A stretch of DNA of 63,926 bases, counting the filler, from Vannella sp. (lineage: Eukaryota): the NCBI GenBank assembly GCA_023345925.1. It is 6 parts of 6 records of this genome, joined end to end, with 100 filler letters (N's around TTAATTAATTAA, not from the genome) between each part and the next. Parts side by side here need not be neighbours in the genome. Positions count along the whole stretch, not along the records: positions 5,954 to 32,140 come from JAJQQN010000953.1; 5 more parts are not named here. One strand, written 5' to 3'. Positions 12,901-25,979 of this stretch are shown piece by piece (the stretch's first letter is position 1; every line of letters begins with the position of its first letter). Under the pieces are notes generated by a model, which did no database searches, had not been told where the DNA came from, and saw only the letters and a list, made by a program, of their open reading frames with translations. Both the position numbers and the translations under genes were made by a program.

Positions 12901-15118
12901 GAGTGATGGCGCGCGATTGCAGCAGATTTGGGACATTGTAAAAGTGTACTACAGCAAGGGAAGCGATTGGATCCGATTCGGTGCTTTCTATGGATCAGGA
13001 ATAATTGTAGCAGGTCTTTCAAGAAGACAGGCAGCAATAGTCTCTGATTCACTCGAATCGCGGTTAGTTTCTGAGATATCCCAGCTTCTCAAAGATCAAA
13101 TCGCCCAATCAATTGGTGAGGTCAAGTCCGTTGATCTAGTGGGAGCATGTTTGGGCTTGGCCCAAGTTGTTTCTGTCGAATCTAACATCTCTGCTCTCAT
13201 TAACCATTTGGAATCAGCGCTACAATGGATTGCAACAGAGCGGATGCGACCCCGAAGCCTAGTTCTGAGTGGGCTTTGTTTTGTGATGACTGCAGCAGCA
13301 CTGCGAAGTTATCGCCTGCAACAAATAGACGATCAGCGCCTGGGAGAGCTTCTTCGACTATTGAAAGAGTTGGCATTCCCCTCTGTGTCTGACCAAGGCA
13401 ATTTGGGCGCTTGCATCTCAGTGGGCAGTCTTCTTCAAGGGGCAGCTCTCTTTGGCTATGTCCCCCCAGGGAGAGAAGTTTATTCGATTGCGAACAACTA
13501 CAGCGCCATTATCAGCAACTTCAAGCTCACCGATGGTCTCAGAGAGGCTGCCCTGGTGGGTTTAGCCAATCTGCTTGGTGCTGGGCTCGTTGTTCCCGTG
13601 GATGGCTCTGAGAACTTGCAGCAGTCCTCCCAATATCTCTTCGGAGCATTGAACCGATCGGATGAGTTCCCAGAAACGGAAGAACTGATGAAAGGGGTTC
13701 TTGAAGCTTCAGGTAACAGCAATGGCTTACGATGCATTGCTGGGTATGTTCTTGGAAGTCTGGCGCGCTCTCTACCTCCTAGGAGCTCTTCTACCTCGAC
13801 TCAAGCACTCCTGGAACAACTGCCTCAAGATAGTCTACTTAGGGCGCTCCTCCAGCGCCTTCATGAGCTAGTACAGACTCCTATGCCCCATCACACCTCC
13901 TCTCAGCTTGCAAAAATCCTTTCCACGCTCAGCCAAGTGCCAGCCAAAAAGCTTCCATTCACAGATTGGAGTTCTTTGGTTCAGCAGCTCACAAAAAGGA
14001 ACCTCGACCTTTCCCTTCGAGAGGCTGCTTTCCGATTTGCTGTGCATAATGGTGCTAATGCTTCTTTGGCGCATTTGTTGAGCTGCTCCTTGGAGATTGC
14101 AGACTTTCAAACGTTCCCTGAGTCCATTCAACTCCTTTTACTTGCAGCTGTTCCCACTTTGGTGGGTGTTTTAGCCACCAATCGATCTCTTCAGCTACTT
14201 AGAGAGCACTCTGTGCTTCTCGGTAGCAAATTGAATACCCCTCTTGACCCAGAGAGCGCCCGCAGTCTCCAGACATGGTTACAAGCCCTCGGCTCTGTAT
14301 TAGAAGACACAAAACTGTCCTCCTCCATTCGGGAAGTGGCCTTGGAAGTGTTGGAAGAACTTTGGTCCGCTCTTCCATTGCCCATTCATCCCATCCCCCC
14401 AGAAGGCCCAATTCCGGTTCCGGTTCTTTACCAAGTGGAATCCAGCTTAGTCTCCGCTTGGGAACAAGTCTCTCAATGCCTGGCCACTTTGGACGAAGGG
14501 AAGATCGATTCTTTGCTGTCCTATACTGTAACGGACTTCTCAGAACGCAACACGAAGCGTTTCCTTTTAGTGACTTTGCTCGTCAGGAAGGGGCGCATTC
14601 CCATTACAAAACTGCCGGATCAGCGATTGTACTGTTTGAGGTATCCTGACAGCGCTTTTGCGTCTGCCTTACTTCCTTGGTTGGTATCTGCATTGCAAGG
14701 GAGCACGGGGAAGCAAGTGGTCCAGATGCAGTGGTATCGCGACACTCTGGACAGTTTAGTTGTCCTCAGGAATCCAATCGTCGTTGCTCGGCTGCTGGGA
14801 TGGTTGGGCTTGTGCTGGAGCAACTCCTCGCTCCAAAGTCTCCTCCTTTGCGGAACGTGCGATCTGTCCCAAAGCAGCGCGCTCCTTTACTGTGTGGAGC
14901 AGCTCATTCCCACTGTTATTCCCCTTCTCCTTTCCACCTTTGCTAAGAACGCGCCTCGCTCTGAGCCCTTTTTACTTCCCCAAATCGATTTGCTTTCCGA
15001 ACAGCATTCTTCGCTTCTTTCCCCAAGCCAAGGGCTTTCCCTTCCTCTGGCTCCTCAAATCGCCTCCCTGTTGAAGCGGACCATCTTCCTACTTCGTCAA
15101 AACCTCAAAAGCGAATAA
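9965..15118 (+). CDS. Focadhesin/RST1-like large ARM/HEAT protein (DUF3730-like)
   Basis: ~1700-aa Leu-rich helical ORF. The segment LLETLPSFARH...LRLLCRTWQVQSRAF...AVAVCVRDICKDSPTQG resembles the DUF3730 core. Start codon uncertain (9911, 9932 or 9965). Confidence 0.72.
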   Translation: MVLLTASALQEKLAAGQASLQRTTVWAYVKSMKVEGRVEMSREQAGVEVLRSTCLRHPSALVVDCTLHGLRWLVQEDILLSDEAIRLILREIASIPTSCLMTIADLLLFLLARTRALGPEILIGLSKERPELVGEILALYTCEQARLRTEWSLVEPLFAFVLNSAADSGPVHSYRFSLLSSLVRHANTLLYSEDEGSTHGWDIFNFLGARLASSCITGPLDVLFHTEMVLHIASLCQELHYLEELSLEESKVTLWSVLLHLLSLWADLRENGKVTPNADQQGFRESSKSSRILSGDRESGILIATIHSVFKTLQGLGEVEAGNLEAQGLLLLGFLLLNCNETHQLHILKLLDGMLTPSAVNTPYCRLFVLPRLIYPLLQAISSPSEIVKPLASQLLFRVEKLGSSSSANLVSHSTECRSVLPPLFMGEQATKLTFLVEWSLNLFVHASSIEGGLTSLLNAHLDLLLEQLKPESIDYLFLFWSAPFLFHGAPSVRIASCRLLRSVVKEQLFAAAELLPLLLYQSEKERDETVQLALLETLPSFARHMQLLPVVWRSLSALLEVPSLQALGLRLLCRTWQVQSRAFRQLQVVLLGFYGRRAEISTETGLAVAVCVRDICKDSPTQGMKFISLISELIKQDCPLIKSLGLQALTHLCVADCVEFSTAWDIISTYLERDERPLVIEHKLRLFESGVLESDIESESTLYQIQQLWSGTQSDISAVRDAAFRGLFLFGTNNPACLGLEHSRSDYLEVLMDVNPRSEESASELVRLVLQDEISQTRRQIEVASQGNALYSGLARLADFVESQYVEAKKPAITAGLAGGSLWSFQPKTSKQQKKLGLAEAMRIRFEELTNDVSMSTWLTRVIGLSGWLRFAGNYLQIQLQAEKSKAEKSTSGWDVYSVTMSHLRAVLSDLRKSKPAAAENCALALAGFTLALPVSKHDLIEQSLDYLISLLTGDTSNECEQLACLLAVSCISNALPQSDGARLQQIWDIVKVYYSKGSDWIRFGAFYGSGIIVAGLSRRQAAIVSDSLESRLVSEISQLLKDQIAQSIGEVKSVDLVGACLGLAQVVSVESNISALINHLESALQWIATERMRPRSLVLSGLCFVMTAAALRSYRLQQIDDQRLGELLRLLKELAFPSVSDQGNLGACISVGSLLQGAALFGYVPPGREVYSIANNYSAIISNFKLTDGLREAALVGLANLLGAGLVVPVDGSENLQQSSQYLFGALNRSDEFPETEELMKGVLEASGNSNGLRCIAGYVLGSLARSLPPRSSSTSTQALLEQLPQDSLLRALLQRLHELVQTPMPHHTSSQLAKILSTLSQVPAKKLPFTDWSSLVQQLTKRNLDLSLREAAFRFAVHNGANASLAHLLSCSLEIADFQTFPESIQLLLLAAVPTLVGVLATNRSLQLLREHSVLLGSKLNTPLDPESARSLQTWLQALGSVLEDTKLSSSIREVALEVLEELWSALPLPIHPIPPEGPIPVPVLYQVESSLVSAWEQVSQCLATLDEGKIDSLLSYTVTDFSERNTKRFLLVTLLVRKGRIPITKLPDQRLYCLRYPDSAFASALLPWLVSALQGSTGKQVVQMQWYRDTLDSLVVLRNPIVVARLLGWLGLCWSNSSLQSLLLCGTCDLSQSSALLYCVEQLIPTVIPLLLSTFAKNAPRSEPFLLPQIDLLSEQHSSLLSPSQGLSLPLAPQIASLLKRTIFLLRQNLKSE

Positions 15119-15208
15119 AGCGGCCTCTTCCTCAAAGATTCCTTCGCATTTCCCCTCTAGCTGGTACATTTCACCTTCGGAGAAGCGCATTTCCCCTCAC
15201 TTTCTGGG

Positions 15209-17021
15209 ATGAGCAGGCCGGCGGTGGTTTACGCGAAGAACGAACATGCGCGATGGCGTCTGTCTTCAGGGCACGGGAGGTTGATGGCTTTGCTGGTTCC
15301 ACCTGTGACGGAGGGTAATCGAAGACCTCGTGTGTACACTGGCGGCTTGGATGGAGCCGTTCGTATTTGGGACGGGAAGGAAGGGCACCTCTTAATGAAG
15401 ATAGAGCGTGTCTCCTCCTCTCCGATCACTTCTCTAGCAGTGGCGGGTAACTCGGTACGGTGTATCATCATCCACCAACCTGTACTGACGAGGAGCCTCC
15501 CAGATCTACGCCGGAACTGAGAAAGGAGAGATCGTTATGATGGATAGTAGTGGAAAGCTTCTCCGCCGCTGGATGGCGCATACAAAGTAAGTAGAGATGA
15601 ACAAGACGTCCTTTACTCATTTCATTAGGAGGATAACTTGTTTGCAGGCAGTGAATCAAGGCCGCATCTTCTCTGGCTCTATGGATGGATCCGTTAAACT
15701 GTTTTCCGCTGAATGCGCCGTTCTCCGACGCTTCCCTGAAGACCCAGCGGGCTTCGGGTACGTGATGAATCATCCAGCACCTCTTAAGCCACTCTAATTG
15801 TCTCCAAACAGGGAGGGCGTCTCTCAACTCCAAGCGACGGCTGGGAATGTGATCTACATTGGATCCAGTAAGGGCAAGATCTTCGTCTACAACATGAATG
15901 TCAACCTCTTGAAGGTGCTCCGCACATCCTCGTTAGAAGGAGTGGCTCTGAGAAACATGCAAGTGCTCGTCAGTGGACAGAAAGTTTCCGTTTTTCTGGC
16001 TCATGGGACGCGTCTGACCACTTGGTATTTGACCCTCTTGGACGGATCCATCCAGGTGGACGCTGTCAAAGCTCTCGAGGGAAGGGTAGAGAGTGGGACG
16101 GCCTCTGCCCTTTTGGCAATCTTTGCCAATCCTCTTCGATCGAAGGAGCCCGCAGCATTGATAGGAAGCACCTGCGGGGATATTTATCTTTACATTCCGA
16201 CCACACAGATGCAAGCTGCCACTCAAAGGGGCCAGTTTGTGGAGGCCCAACGGTTCAAATCGTACACTTTCAAGGATTCTGGTTCTGCCATTCTCCATGT
16301 TGCTGCGTCTGGAGGTCGTATCTTCGCTGCTTCTTCTAGCGGAACGCTTCTCATGTGGAAAGAGCCTGTGAATCTACTCAAACTTCGTGAGCTTCACCGC
16401 GGCCAAGACGACTCGCATCCGTATCAGGGGCAATCTCCTTCCCGACTTGCTGCTCCTCCCGCCCCAATACAACCAGCTAAAGAGCAACCTATTATGGCTG
16501 AGCCATCCCCACCGCGCTCCTATCACGACAACACGCCAAACTACCTGGAGTTTCCTACGGAATCACCAATTCCTGCCATCACCACTACTCAAGAAGGTGA
16601 TCTCCTTGGCCTCTCTGAAAGCGACTTTTATCGACCCTCTCACGAAGGGAGATCTCTGGTTGAATCCTTTACAGATCTGTTGTCCGGGCCACCGGCTTTA
16701 GCAATGGACTCAGTCTATTCCACCTCAGATTATGTTCACGTTTCCGTTCCCGTTGAAGATAGCTCAAATTGGGCTGCCGACCCATTTGCCTCGTTTAACT
16801 CTCTCAACAGTTCAAATGGGCCAATTTTGGCAGAAACACTGCCTCCCTCATCATCCCATCCGTGTTTGTCCTGTGGCGAAAGAAGTGGCAAACGGGTTGC
16901 TCTCTATCGATGTGGACATTCCTGCGTTTGCCTGCCGTGTGGCAAGCAACTGGCTTCCTCTCATGGGCCCTGTCCTCAATGTGGACAACCCGTGGCTGAT
17001 TGTATTACCATGTTTGAGTGA
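15209..17021 (+). CDS. WD40-repeat protein with C-terminal RING finger (putative E3 ligase); three small introns
   Basis: WD motifs VYTGGLDGAVRIWD and IFSGSMDGSVKLF. C-terminal CLSC...CGHSCVCLPC...CPQC. GT-AG introns near 15455, 15587 and 15758. Confidence 0.8.
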
Positions 17022-17115
17022 ATCTCCTGACAAGGACGGTTCTTGAGCGTAGCAAATTCAAATGTAGTAATATACAAGGACCAGTAAAGACAGTGTACAA
17101 GGACTGGTCCAAAGA

Positions 17116-18323
17116 TCATCGTCCCTCTGCATGATTGAGGGAGCGGGGACTTGAGAGTAGGCGATCTTCGAGGAGAGATATGGATAAGTTAGGCGGTGCG
17201 CTTCGGTAAGAGCCACTGGATTCAAAAGAGAGGAATCGTGTTGAATTTTCTTTGGTAACAGAAGCATAAGAACCCAAACTTGCTTCAGGTCCAAAGACCT
17301 CTTCAAACCGCATTTCAAACCCGGGAGCGTATTTTCGCATGAACCTTCGCTTTGCCAACCAGAGGGCGTAAACAATGTAAAAGAAAGTGACATGGGCAAA
17401 TATAATCCCAAGATAAACCGCCCACGCTGTTGGGTAGTTCACATCAAGGAAGGAATAAGTCCATCTAGGATTTGACGAGTTAAAGGCAATCTCCATCAAC
17501 ATCAGAAACGACGTACGTTTTCACAAAGTAGAAGCAAATCCAAGAGAAGAGAGAGTACATGCAAGCCCAAAGGACCATCAAGGAGGATAGCATTGGTCGA
17601 ATGGGAATGTTGTTCAGAACACTTTCCACCAAAAAGAAAGCTCCCGAGAAGAAATTAAGCACAAACACATAGTAAGGGACTATGGCAGTCCCTGGGCTTA
17701 ATGTGGCTGCTCAGAAAGTTCAATACAAAGGGAAATGAAAGAACGCTAGTCCTCACCAAAGGTTTGGATGGGAAGTACAACGGCCAGGCCCATCACGAAG
17801 CTGAGAGAGATGGCAGATGCAAGAATATTGAACAAGATCACTGACATGTTCCCAGCAAAGAGTACAAGTCGGTCAGAGATGCCCCAATGATGGTGAATTT
17901 GTTGCAATCCCGAGAGAAACTGGGATATTCCCTTAGTTAACACGAGGAAGGTATCTTCTGAGAACTTACGGTGAAGTATAACACCAGTATGGAACAGTTC
18001 CAGACAGAATAATACCCAAAGAACCCGATTGGATTCCCATCCAAGCATGCGACCTGGCCAGATTCTTCAGCACCGTTTCTTTCACTCCTTCTACTTACTA
18101 TCAGTGATAGAACCCAAAGGAGGGTCAAGAAGATCACGCCAGCCATCCGAAAGGAAAGCAGGAAGGACCAACTTGCCAACGGGCTCCAAACAAGGTGGGT
18201 TGCTGTGGTGTCCCGGAAGTGGTACCAGCCCTTACGAAAGCCCAGAATAGAGATAATAGCCACTCCTGCAGTGGAACAAAGGATCAACACGACCAATGAG
18301 TTCCATTCAGCCACCTCGACCAT
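17116..18323 (-). CDS. Multi-pass membrane protein (rolling-stone/FAR-17a-like), spliced
   Basis: Successive hydrophobic exons (17937-18335, 17746-18048, 17480-17668, 17116-17502) with YYSVWN and YSFLDV motifs. Family assignment is tentative. Confidence 0.6.
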
Positions 18324-18539
18324 CGAGCCACCCACAAAATGGTCTGGTAAACCAACAACCCTCCAAAGCCTCTTCGTTTAACTCTTTTAAATTGTCTATA
18401 CAGGGTGCTATTGTGAAAGGAAAGGGCAAACCATAATCTCGACAGCCAAGAATACAGGAAATCACTCACAAGCCCGCTGATTGGCCAGGACATGTCAATA
18501 AAGGCCAAAGTTTTGGGGAGTTTGTTTCTTCTGTTTGCC

Positions 18540-19928
18540 ATGTCACTCAAGATCCACACCTTCCCCAACAACCCCCGCGCCAACAAGGCTCTGATCGCTG
18601 CTGAGTATGGTGGTGTCAAGGTCGAGACCGTGATCGTCGAGATGGGCAAGGACAACAAGAGCAAGCAGTTCCTCGCCATCAACCCCTTCGGCAAGGTCCC
18701 CACTTTGGAGACTCCCGAAGGCGGTGTCTTCGAGAGTAACGCCATTGCCCGTTACGTTGCACGTGCTGGTAATGCTACTCTCTTCGGCAAGACTCCCTTG
18801 GAGGCTGCCCAGGTTGACCAATGGTTGGACTGGGTCCGTGGCGATCTCGAACTCGCTGGATCTGTTTGGTTGTACCCCATCTGGGGCATCATCCCCAACA
18901 ACCCCGCTGCCACCGCCCAGGCTAAGCAAGACATCAAGAAGAACCTTGCTGTTGTCAACACCGTCCTCTCCACCCGTTCTTACCTGGTCGGAGAACGTAT
19001 CTCCTTGGCTGATATTGTCGTGGCCTGCACCTTGTTGCCCATGTACACCACCGTCTTCGATGCCGTGTACCGCAAGGCTTTCCCCCATGTCAACCGTTGG
19101 TTCGATAACCTCGTGAACCAGCCTAACTTCAAGAAGGTACAAGGCGAGGTCGTCCTCTGTGTTGAGGAAAAGCAGGCCCCCGCTTGGGTTCCCAAGGTGG
19201 AGGCCAAGAAGGAGAAGGCTGAGGACCTCGAGGACATTGCCGCCGCCGAGGAGAAGCCCAAGGGTAAGGTGAGTGCAACATTGAACCCTACTTTTATCAT
19301 TCCCCATTCTTCCTACAACGTGATGAACGTAATCAGTTATCCCTGTCAGAACAAACTCGAAATTGATATCCTGTTGAAGATACTGCTTCTGATCTCCCCT
19401 TCTTCCTCTCTTTCTTCCATCCTTCAGAAGTGAAACTAATCTTTTGCTTAGAACCCCCTTGATCTCCTCCCTCCTTCCACCATGTCTTTGGACGAATGGA
19501 AGGTTGTTTACTCCAACACCGACAACACCCGTGACGCTTGCGCCTGGTTGTGGAAGAACCTTGACCAAGAGGGCTTCTCTGTTCACGTCTGCTCTTACAA
19601 GTACCAATCTGAGTTGACCAAGACTTTCATGTCTTCCAACCTCATGGGCGGTTTCCTCCAACGCCTCGAGTCCCTTCGCAAGTACGGAATGGGATCCCTC
19701 GTCCTCTTGGGAGACAATGACAAGAGCGAGATCCACGGATGCTTCATCGTCCGCGGCAAGGAGCTTCCTGAGGAGGTGACCGGTTCCCCCGATTACCACG
19801 TCTACGACTTCCGCAAGATCGACCCCAGCAACGAAGCTGATCGCGTTCTTGCTGAGGACCTCTTCTGCTGGGAGGGAACCTTCAATGGCAACCCCCTCAA
19901 GTACAACCAGGGCAAGGTCTTCAAGTAA
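18540..19928 (+). CDS. EEF1G: Translation elongation factor eEF1B-gamma; single 183-nt intron 19269-19451
   Basis: GST-like N-terminus (NPFGKVPTLE...FESNAIARYVA) and EF1G C-terminus (NPLDLLP...LDEWKVVYSN...FMSSNLMGGFLQRLE...QGKVFK). Strong codon bias. Confidence 0.97.
19316..19397 (+). ncRNA. Intronic box C/D snoRNA, snR38/SNORD1-like
   Basis: Box C GTGATGA 19320-19326; guide CAGTTATCCCTGT 19334-19346, complementary to the conserved LSU rRNA ACAGGGAUAACUG; D' CAGA 19347-19350; C'-like TTGAAGA 19374-19380; box D CTGA 19389-19392. Ends approximate. Confidence 0.88.
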
Positions 19929-19971
19929 ACACTCTCCTCTGAATGAACAGCTTTCTCTTCCTCTTGATCAT

Positions 19972-20733
19972 TTATGACTCTTTCGCGCTTTCGCTTTTGG
20001 TTCGTTTCTTGAAGTCCATCGGACTCTCTTTGTGGGCCTCTTTGCCAGCCCACATCCCAACACGGCGCTTGCGTGCCTGTTTCTCTAAAGTCTCGAAGGT
20101 GGACCGCATTCCGCCATACTCTGCCCCAGCACCTTCATAGAGCGTGGCAAAGCCGTTAGAAACAAGAAGGGAAGACACGTTTTGCCACCAGAACGTGCGG
20201 TTGACCCAAGCCATGGCCACACAGCGTCCATACTGGTCCCTTTTCAGAACCTGAACCTTGACAGTGCGCCCCATCAGTTCCTTCGTGAGGAAGGCTTTGG
20301 CCTCTTCGCCATAGCGCTGTCCAGGCAACCCGAAGTGGGCACATTCGGGTGCATCCACCCCAGCCAAGCGGATGGAGATCTGCTTCTGGGGAACTTTGCT
20401 GGGCATGGGAAAGAGACGATGGAGAAGGGGCTGTCCGTTGTTCAGTGAACATGAAAGGGGGACGAAGGAACTGAAGAGAAGACTTACTCGGTGGTAGAGA
20501 TGGAATCCGTCTCCGTCTCCAACACGTGTTACAACACCAGTCAGTGTTTTACGTTTCTGCCAGTGGCTGACAGGAATGAAGTCCACGTTGGGAATGCGCC
20601 GCCAAAAGCGAGGGCGACTCGCAAGCAAGAGCCCCACTGCTACCCCCGCTGCGATGAAGTATCGCCCATTTTCTTCAACGTAAGCGCGCGCCTTCTCCCA
20701 CTGCGTCAACTCTCTCTGCCATGGCCAGACCAT
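19972..20733 (-). CDS. Staphylococcal-nuclease (SNase)-family endonuclease, LCL3-like, with N-terminal TM; probable in-frame intron ~20434-20487
   Basis: VTRVGDGDGFHLYH, IRLAGVDAPE, DQYGRCVA, YEGAGAEYG, ARKRRVGMW. Confidence 0.88.
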   Translation of the reverse strand: MVWPWQRELTQWEKARAYVEENGRYFIAAGVAVGLLLASRPRFWRRIPNVDFIPVSHWQKRKTLTGVVTRVGDGDGFHLYHRVSLLFSSFVPLSCSLNNGQPLLHRLFPMPSKVPQKQISIRLAGVDAPECAHFGLPGQRYGEEAKAFLTKELMGRTVKVQVLKRDQYGRCVAMAWVNRTFWWQNVSSLLVSNGFATLYEGAGAEYGGMRSTFETLEKQARKRRVGMWAGKEAHKESPMDFKKRTKSESAKES

Positions 20734-21070
20734 GAAGGGGAGAGGGGAAGGGAACAAAATGCTGAATGGGACCAAACAAAGAAGCAAAATGGAGATTCTT
20801 CTCGATTTAATAGAAGTTTAAGTTTGGTTCACTTTTGACTCTCCCACTAGCAGGTTGGTACAACACTGCAGTAGCAGAAATCACGAGAAAACTGCCTCCC
20901 TTTGAGTCTCCTTTGCTGTTGCTTTGGATTGTTGGACCTCCTCTACTCGTTCCGATTTGCTTTGGTGTTCCTTGACGATCCAGGAAAGGCGGTTCTGGGT
21001 AATCAAAGGATGCTACCGTTCATCTCAATTGCGAGAGGATCTCTGAGAAAATCAAGACCAATTCTGCTTT

Positions 21071-21529
21071 GTGGATGACTCCAACGAAAGGGCAGAGTTA
21101 CTCACGCGGTGCTGCCAAGAAGCACAGGAACACACTTACAACAAACTGAAGGACCTCAGGTACGAAGTTTATGGCCATCCGTATGCTTTGAATGAGATTG
21201 AAGAATATGAGACAGACCAAGACTCGATCTATTTTCCTTCTGGCAAGCTTGCTCTGCTTCTTGGCCAAAACTGGCGAATCTGGCTCTTCACCATCACTCT
21301 ATTCCCGCATCTTCTGCTCCCTCTGAACGAACGTTTTGTGGACAGTGCGATGTCGTACTTGGATGACCACAGAGACCAACTGAGTCCTGAGAGGGCCAGG
21401 GGTGTGCCTGGAATCCCTCTATCAGAATGCTATTTCTTTGGCCATTCGAATGGGAGTCAAGAAGGTGATGGTGGCGATGATGATGGATGTCACATCACAA
21501 AATGTATTAAACCAGTTTATTCAACCGAT
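21071..21529 (+). other. Possible orphan exon or gene fragment of unknown function
   Basis: About 150 open codons with protein-like composition in an otherwise large intergenic gap. No ATG start and no recognisable motif. Confidence 0.25.
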
Positions 21530-23277
21530 TCACTTGAAACGGGAAAGTGCTTTGGGGACACTGGGCGACGAAGAGTCTTTGGCAGGCCGGCTGGCTCTCT
21601 GGCGTTCCTGCTTCTCTTTGAGAAGCTGCCGGTTTTGGTCCCAAACGTTCTGCTGCTTGCGATTGGCGCGTTTGCCAGCAGAGTTCTTTCCTCGCATTTT
21701 GTTTTTCATCTTCGATGCCAAAGCTGGAGCTTCTTGGAAGTCGTTGGCAGGTGCCTCTTCGTAGAGAGTGCGACGAGCCAAACTTCCCACCAAAGTGGGG
21801 TCCAGTTGAATCATGTCCGGCTGGATCTTGTCGAGCAATCCGCGTACTTCGGCTTCCGAGCGCTGTTTGGCGGTTTGATAAGGATTGGCCGCAAAGGAGT
21901 CAAAGTTTGGCTCTCCACTTCCAGGCACTACCACAGAGGAGAAGCCACTGCTGTGGCCAACGCCCAAAAAGTCCTCGAAAGGGGCAAAGCGAACGGATTC
22001 TGCCCTTTGCCCTGGAAGTCGGTGGCGCATGTAGGGAGCGCTTTGCTCTTGTGAGAAGGTCTCTTTCCACATCTCCACGACTCCTCCACAGCCAACCGCA
22101 ACCACTCCGCGTTGTGATACGTCAAGTGAGACGGCTGGAGTGGGTGTGTGGTATTGGTACAGTTGCTGGTAGGTGCGGAGATCCCACACCTTCATGGTAC
22201 TGTCTTGTCCAGCAGTGACCATGTAGTGTCCAGTGTTGTCTACCGCCAGAGCTGTCACAGGCCCACCGTGGCACTGCATTTGAACCAACGGCTTGCTAGT
22301 GTTGGGTGCCCACATGCTCACGACACCCTTGCTGTGACCGAGGCAGGACACTGCGTTCCAGGGGTTCTGACGGAGGACGGAAGTGCCTCCAAGCTTGGTG
22401 TAGATGTTGGCCACGTAGTCTCCCGTGGAAGTGTCCTGATACCGCAGGCACCCACCTGCATTCACAGAGACGAGGAGGAAGTGAAAGGGGAGGAAGTCAA
22501 GAGCTAGTGGAGTGTTCATGTGCTCCAATCGGTGCAGTTCAGTGCCTGCTTGGTCGTAGATGTAAGCGTATTTGCGCTGCGCCACTGCGAAGAAGGTCTC
22601 ATTGTGAAGGAAGCTGTTGGAATAGTGTTAAACCATGGAACAAGCGAGGTCCTAGGGAGTACTCACGTCGCTGCCCGGCAAGTCTCGTTCAAGTGCATCT
22701 CGCTGATCAGCCTTTTCGTTTGCCATTCAAGAACAGCCACGTGGCCCTTCTCTCCACAAAGGATCAGATGTTGTCCATTGCGCGAATAAGAACAGGAGTA
22801 GGGTCCAAGAGGCTCGAGGGAGAGATCGAACATCTTCGCAGCAGTTTGAAGGTCGAGGTGAGGTATCAAGTCCACTTGGGATAGATCAGCCGTTCTCTCC
22901 ATCGATCCTTCCGCTTCCAGGTAGCCTGCTTGTTCTGTGAGCAAAACTTGAGCCTTGACAGCTTCTTCTGCAGCAGAGCTCGCCAGCCGCTCCACTTTGC
23001 CGAGTTTCCCTCGCAGTTTGCGATCTTTGATCCCTTTGGAGTTGATTCGTTCTCCTCGCTGGAACTTGGAAAGATCCTTTTGTTCCTCTCCATCAAGGCG
23101 TTGCTGTTCTTCATCCAACTGCGCAACAGACTTGGGAGGAGCGATCTTACGCTTCTTAGGGGAGGGTTGGTTTCCCTTGCCTGCTGGTCGCTTTCTTGAA
23201 GGCTTGGCATCGTCTCGAGAGATGGCTTTGCCCTCAACGCCCTCATTCCGAGTCAGGTCCGCCTTCGATGAGCTCAT
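21530..23277 (-). CDS. WDR46: U3 snoRNP/SSU processome WD40 protein UTP7/WDR46, one intron
   Basis: AQRKYAYIYDQAGTELHRL, LDFLPFHFLLVS, QNPWNAV, and BING4CT motif VPGSGEPNFDSFAANPYQT...EVRGLLDKIQPDMI. Confidence 0.93.
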
Positions 23278-23366
23278 CAGCGCGGGGAAAGAGAATGAAG
23301 GACGAGATGGACAAAAACCCCCCAAATATCAGCAGGATGGTGATGATTAGGATCGTGTTCAGTTTA

Positions 23367-25328
<1,962 letters not shown>

Positions 25329-25979
25329 CAAACCCAACCGAAATGAATCTCCTTCTCACCAACTCTTTATTGAGGCTCTCACAAGTTCAAATGCTGGTAC
25401 AAAGCAAATTAGGATCATTACGATAGGACCACCAACCGACGAGCAGCCGGTTTTCCTTTTTGATCTTGCGTCTGATGAGGGCGAGAGAACAAGGCAGAAC
25501 CATGAGCACTTGTTCCCATCCTAGTTGATTGCTCGAAAGGCTTCAAGATGCCTCTCCTCTCCCATCCGTCTGGGAGGCATCAGCATGGGAGCACTCAAGC
25601 CAACATTAAATTGGTATCCAAGAGAGATAGAAAAATAGAAATGATAGAAAAGATCATTCAGGTCCGATTCTTCCTGATGCATTCAAATGGGCTTTTTCAT
25701 TATTCTTGGTTCTCCTCGTTGTCTGAGCCGGACGTGCGGAATGGAAGGTTCTCCCGTTCTGTTTGCGCGGATGCCGTGGGACTACTCTTCAGTGGAGCCA
25801 CTCTCGGTCCCTTTCTTTGCATCCTCTTCTGCGCTCGCTCTCTCTGCTCTGCGACTCTATTTGGAGGAGTTTCTGGAGCAAGTACGCCTGTCGCCCCCTC
25901 CTCAGCTGGTGTGTTGCTCTCTCATCTTTCTTTCTATTCTAACGTCAACATCAGAGCGATAAAGGGACAACCACTCTCT

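Noticed and set aside
18543..19799. 418-aa - strand ORF spanning eEF1B-gamma and its intron
   Set aside because: Antisense shadow of a highly codon-biased gene; the 183-nt intron happens to keep frame.
21530..22054. 3' half of the 327-aa + ORF overlapping WDR46
   Set aside because: Antisense read-through into the WDR46 C-terminus; at most the 5' half may be coding.
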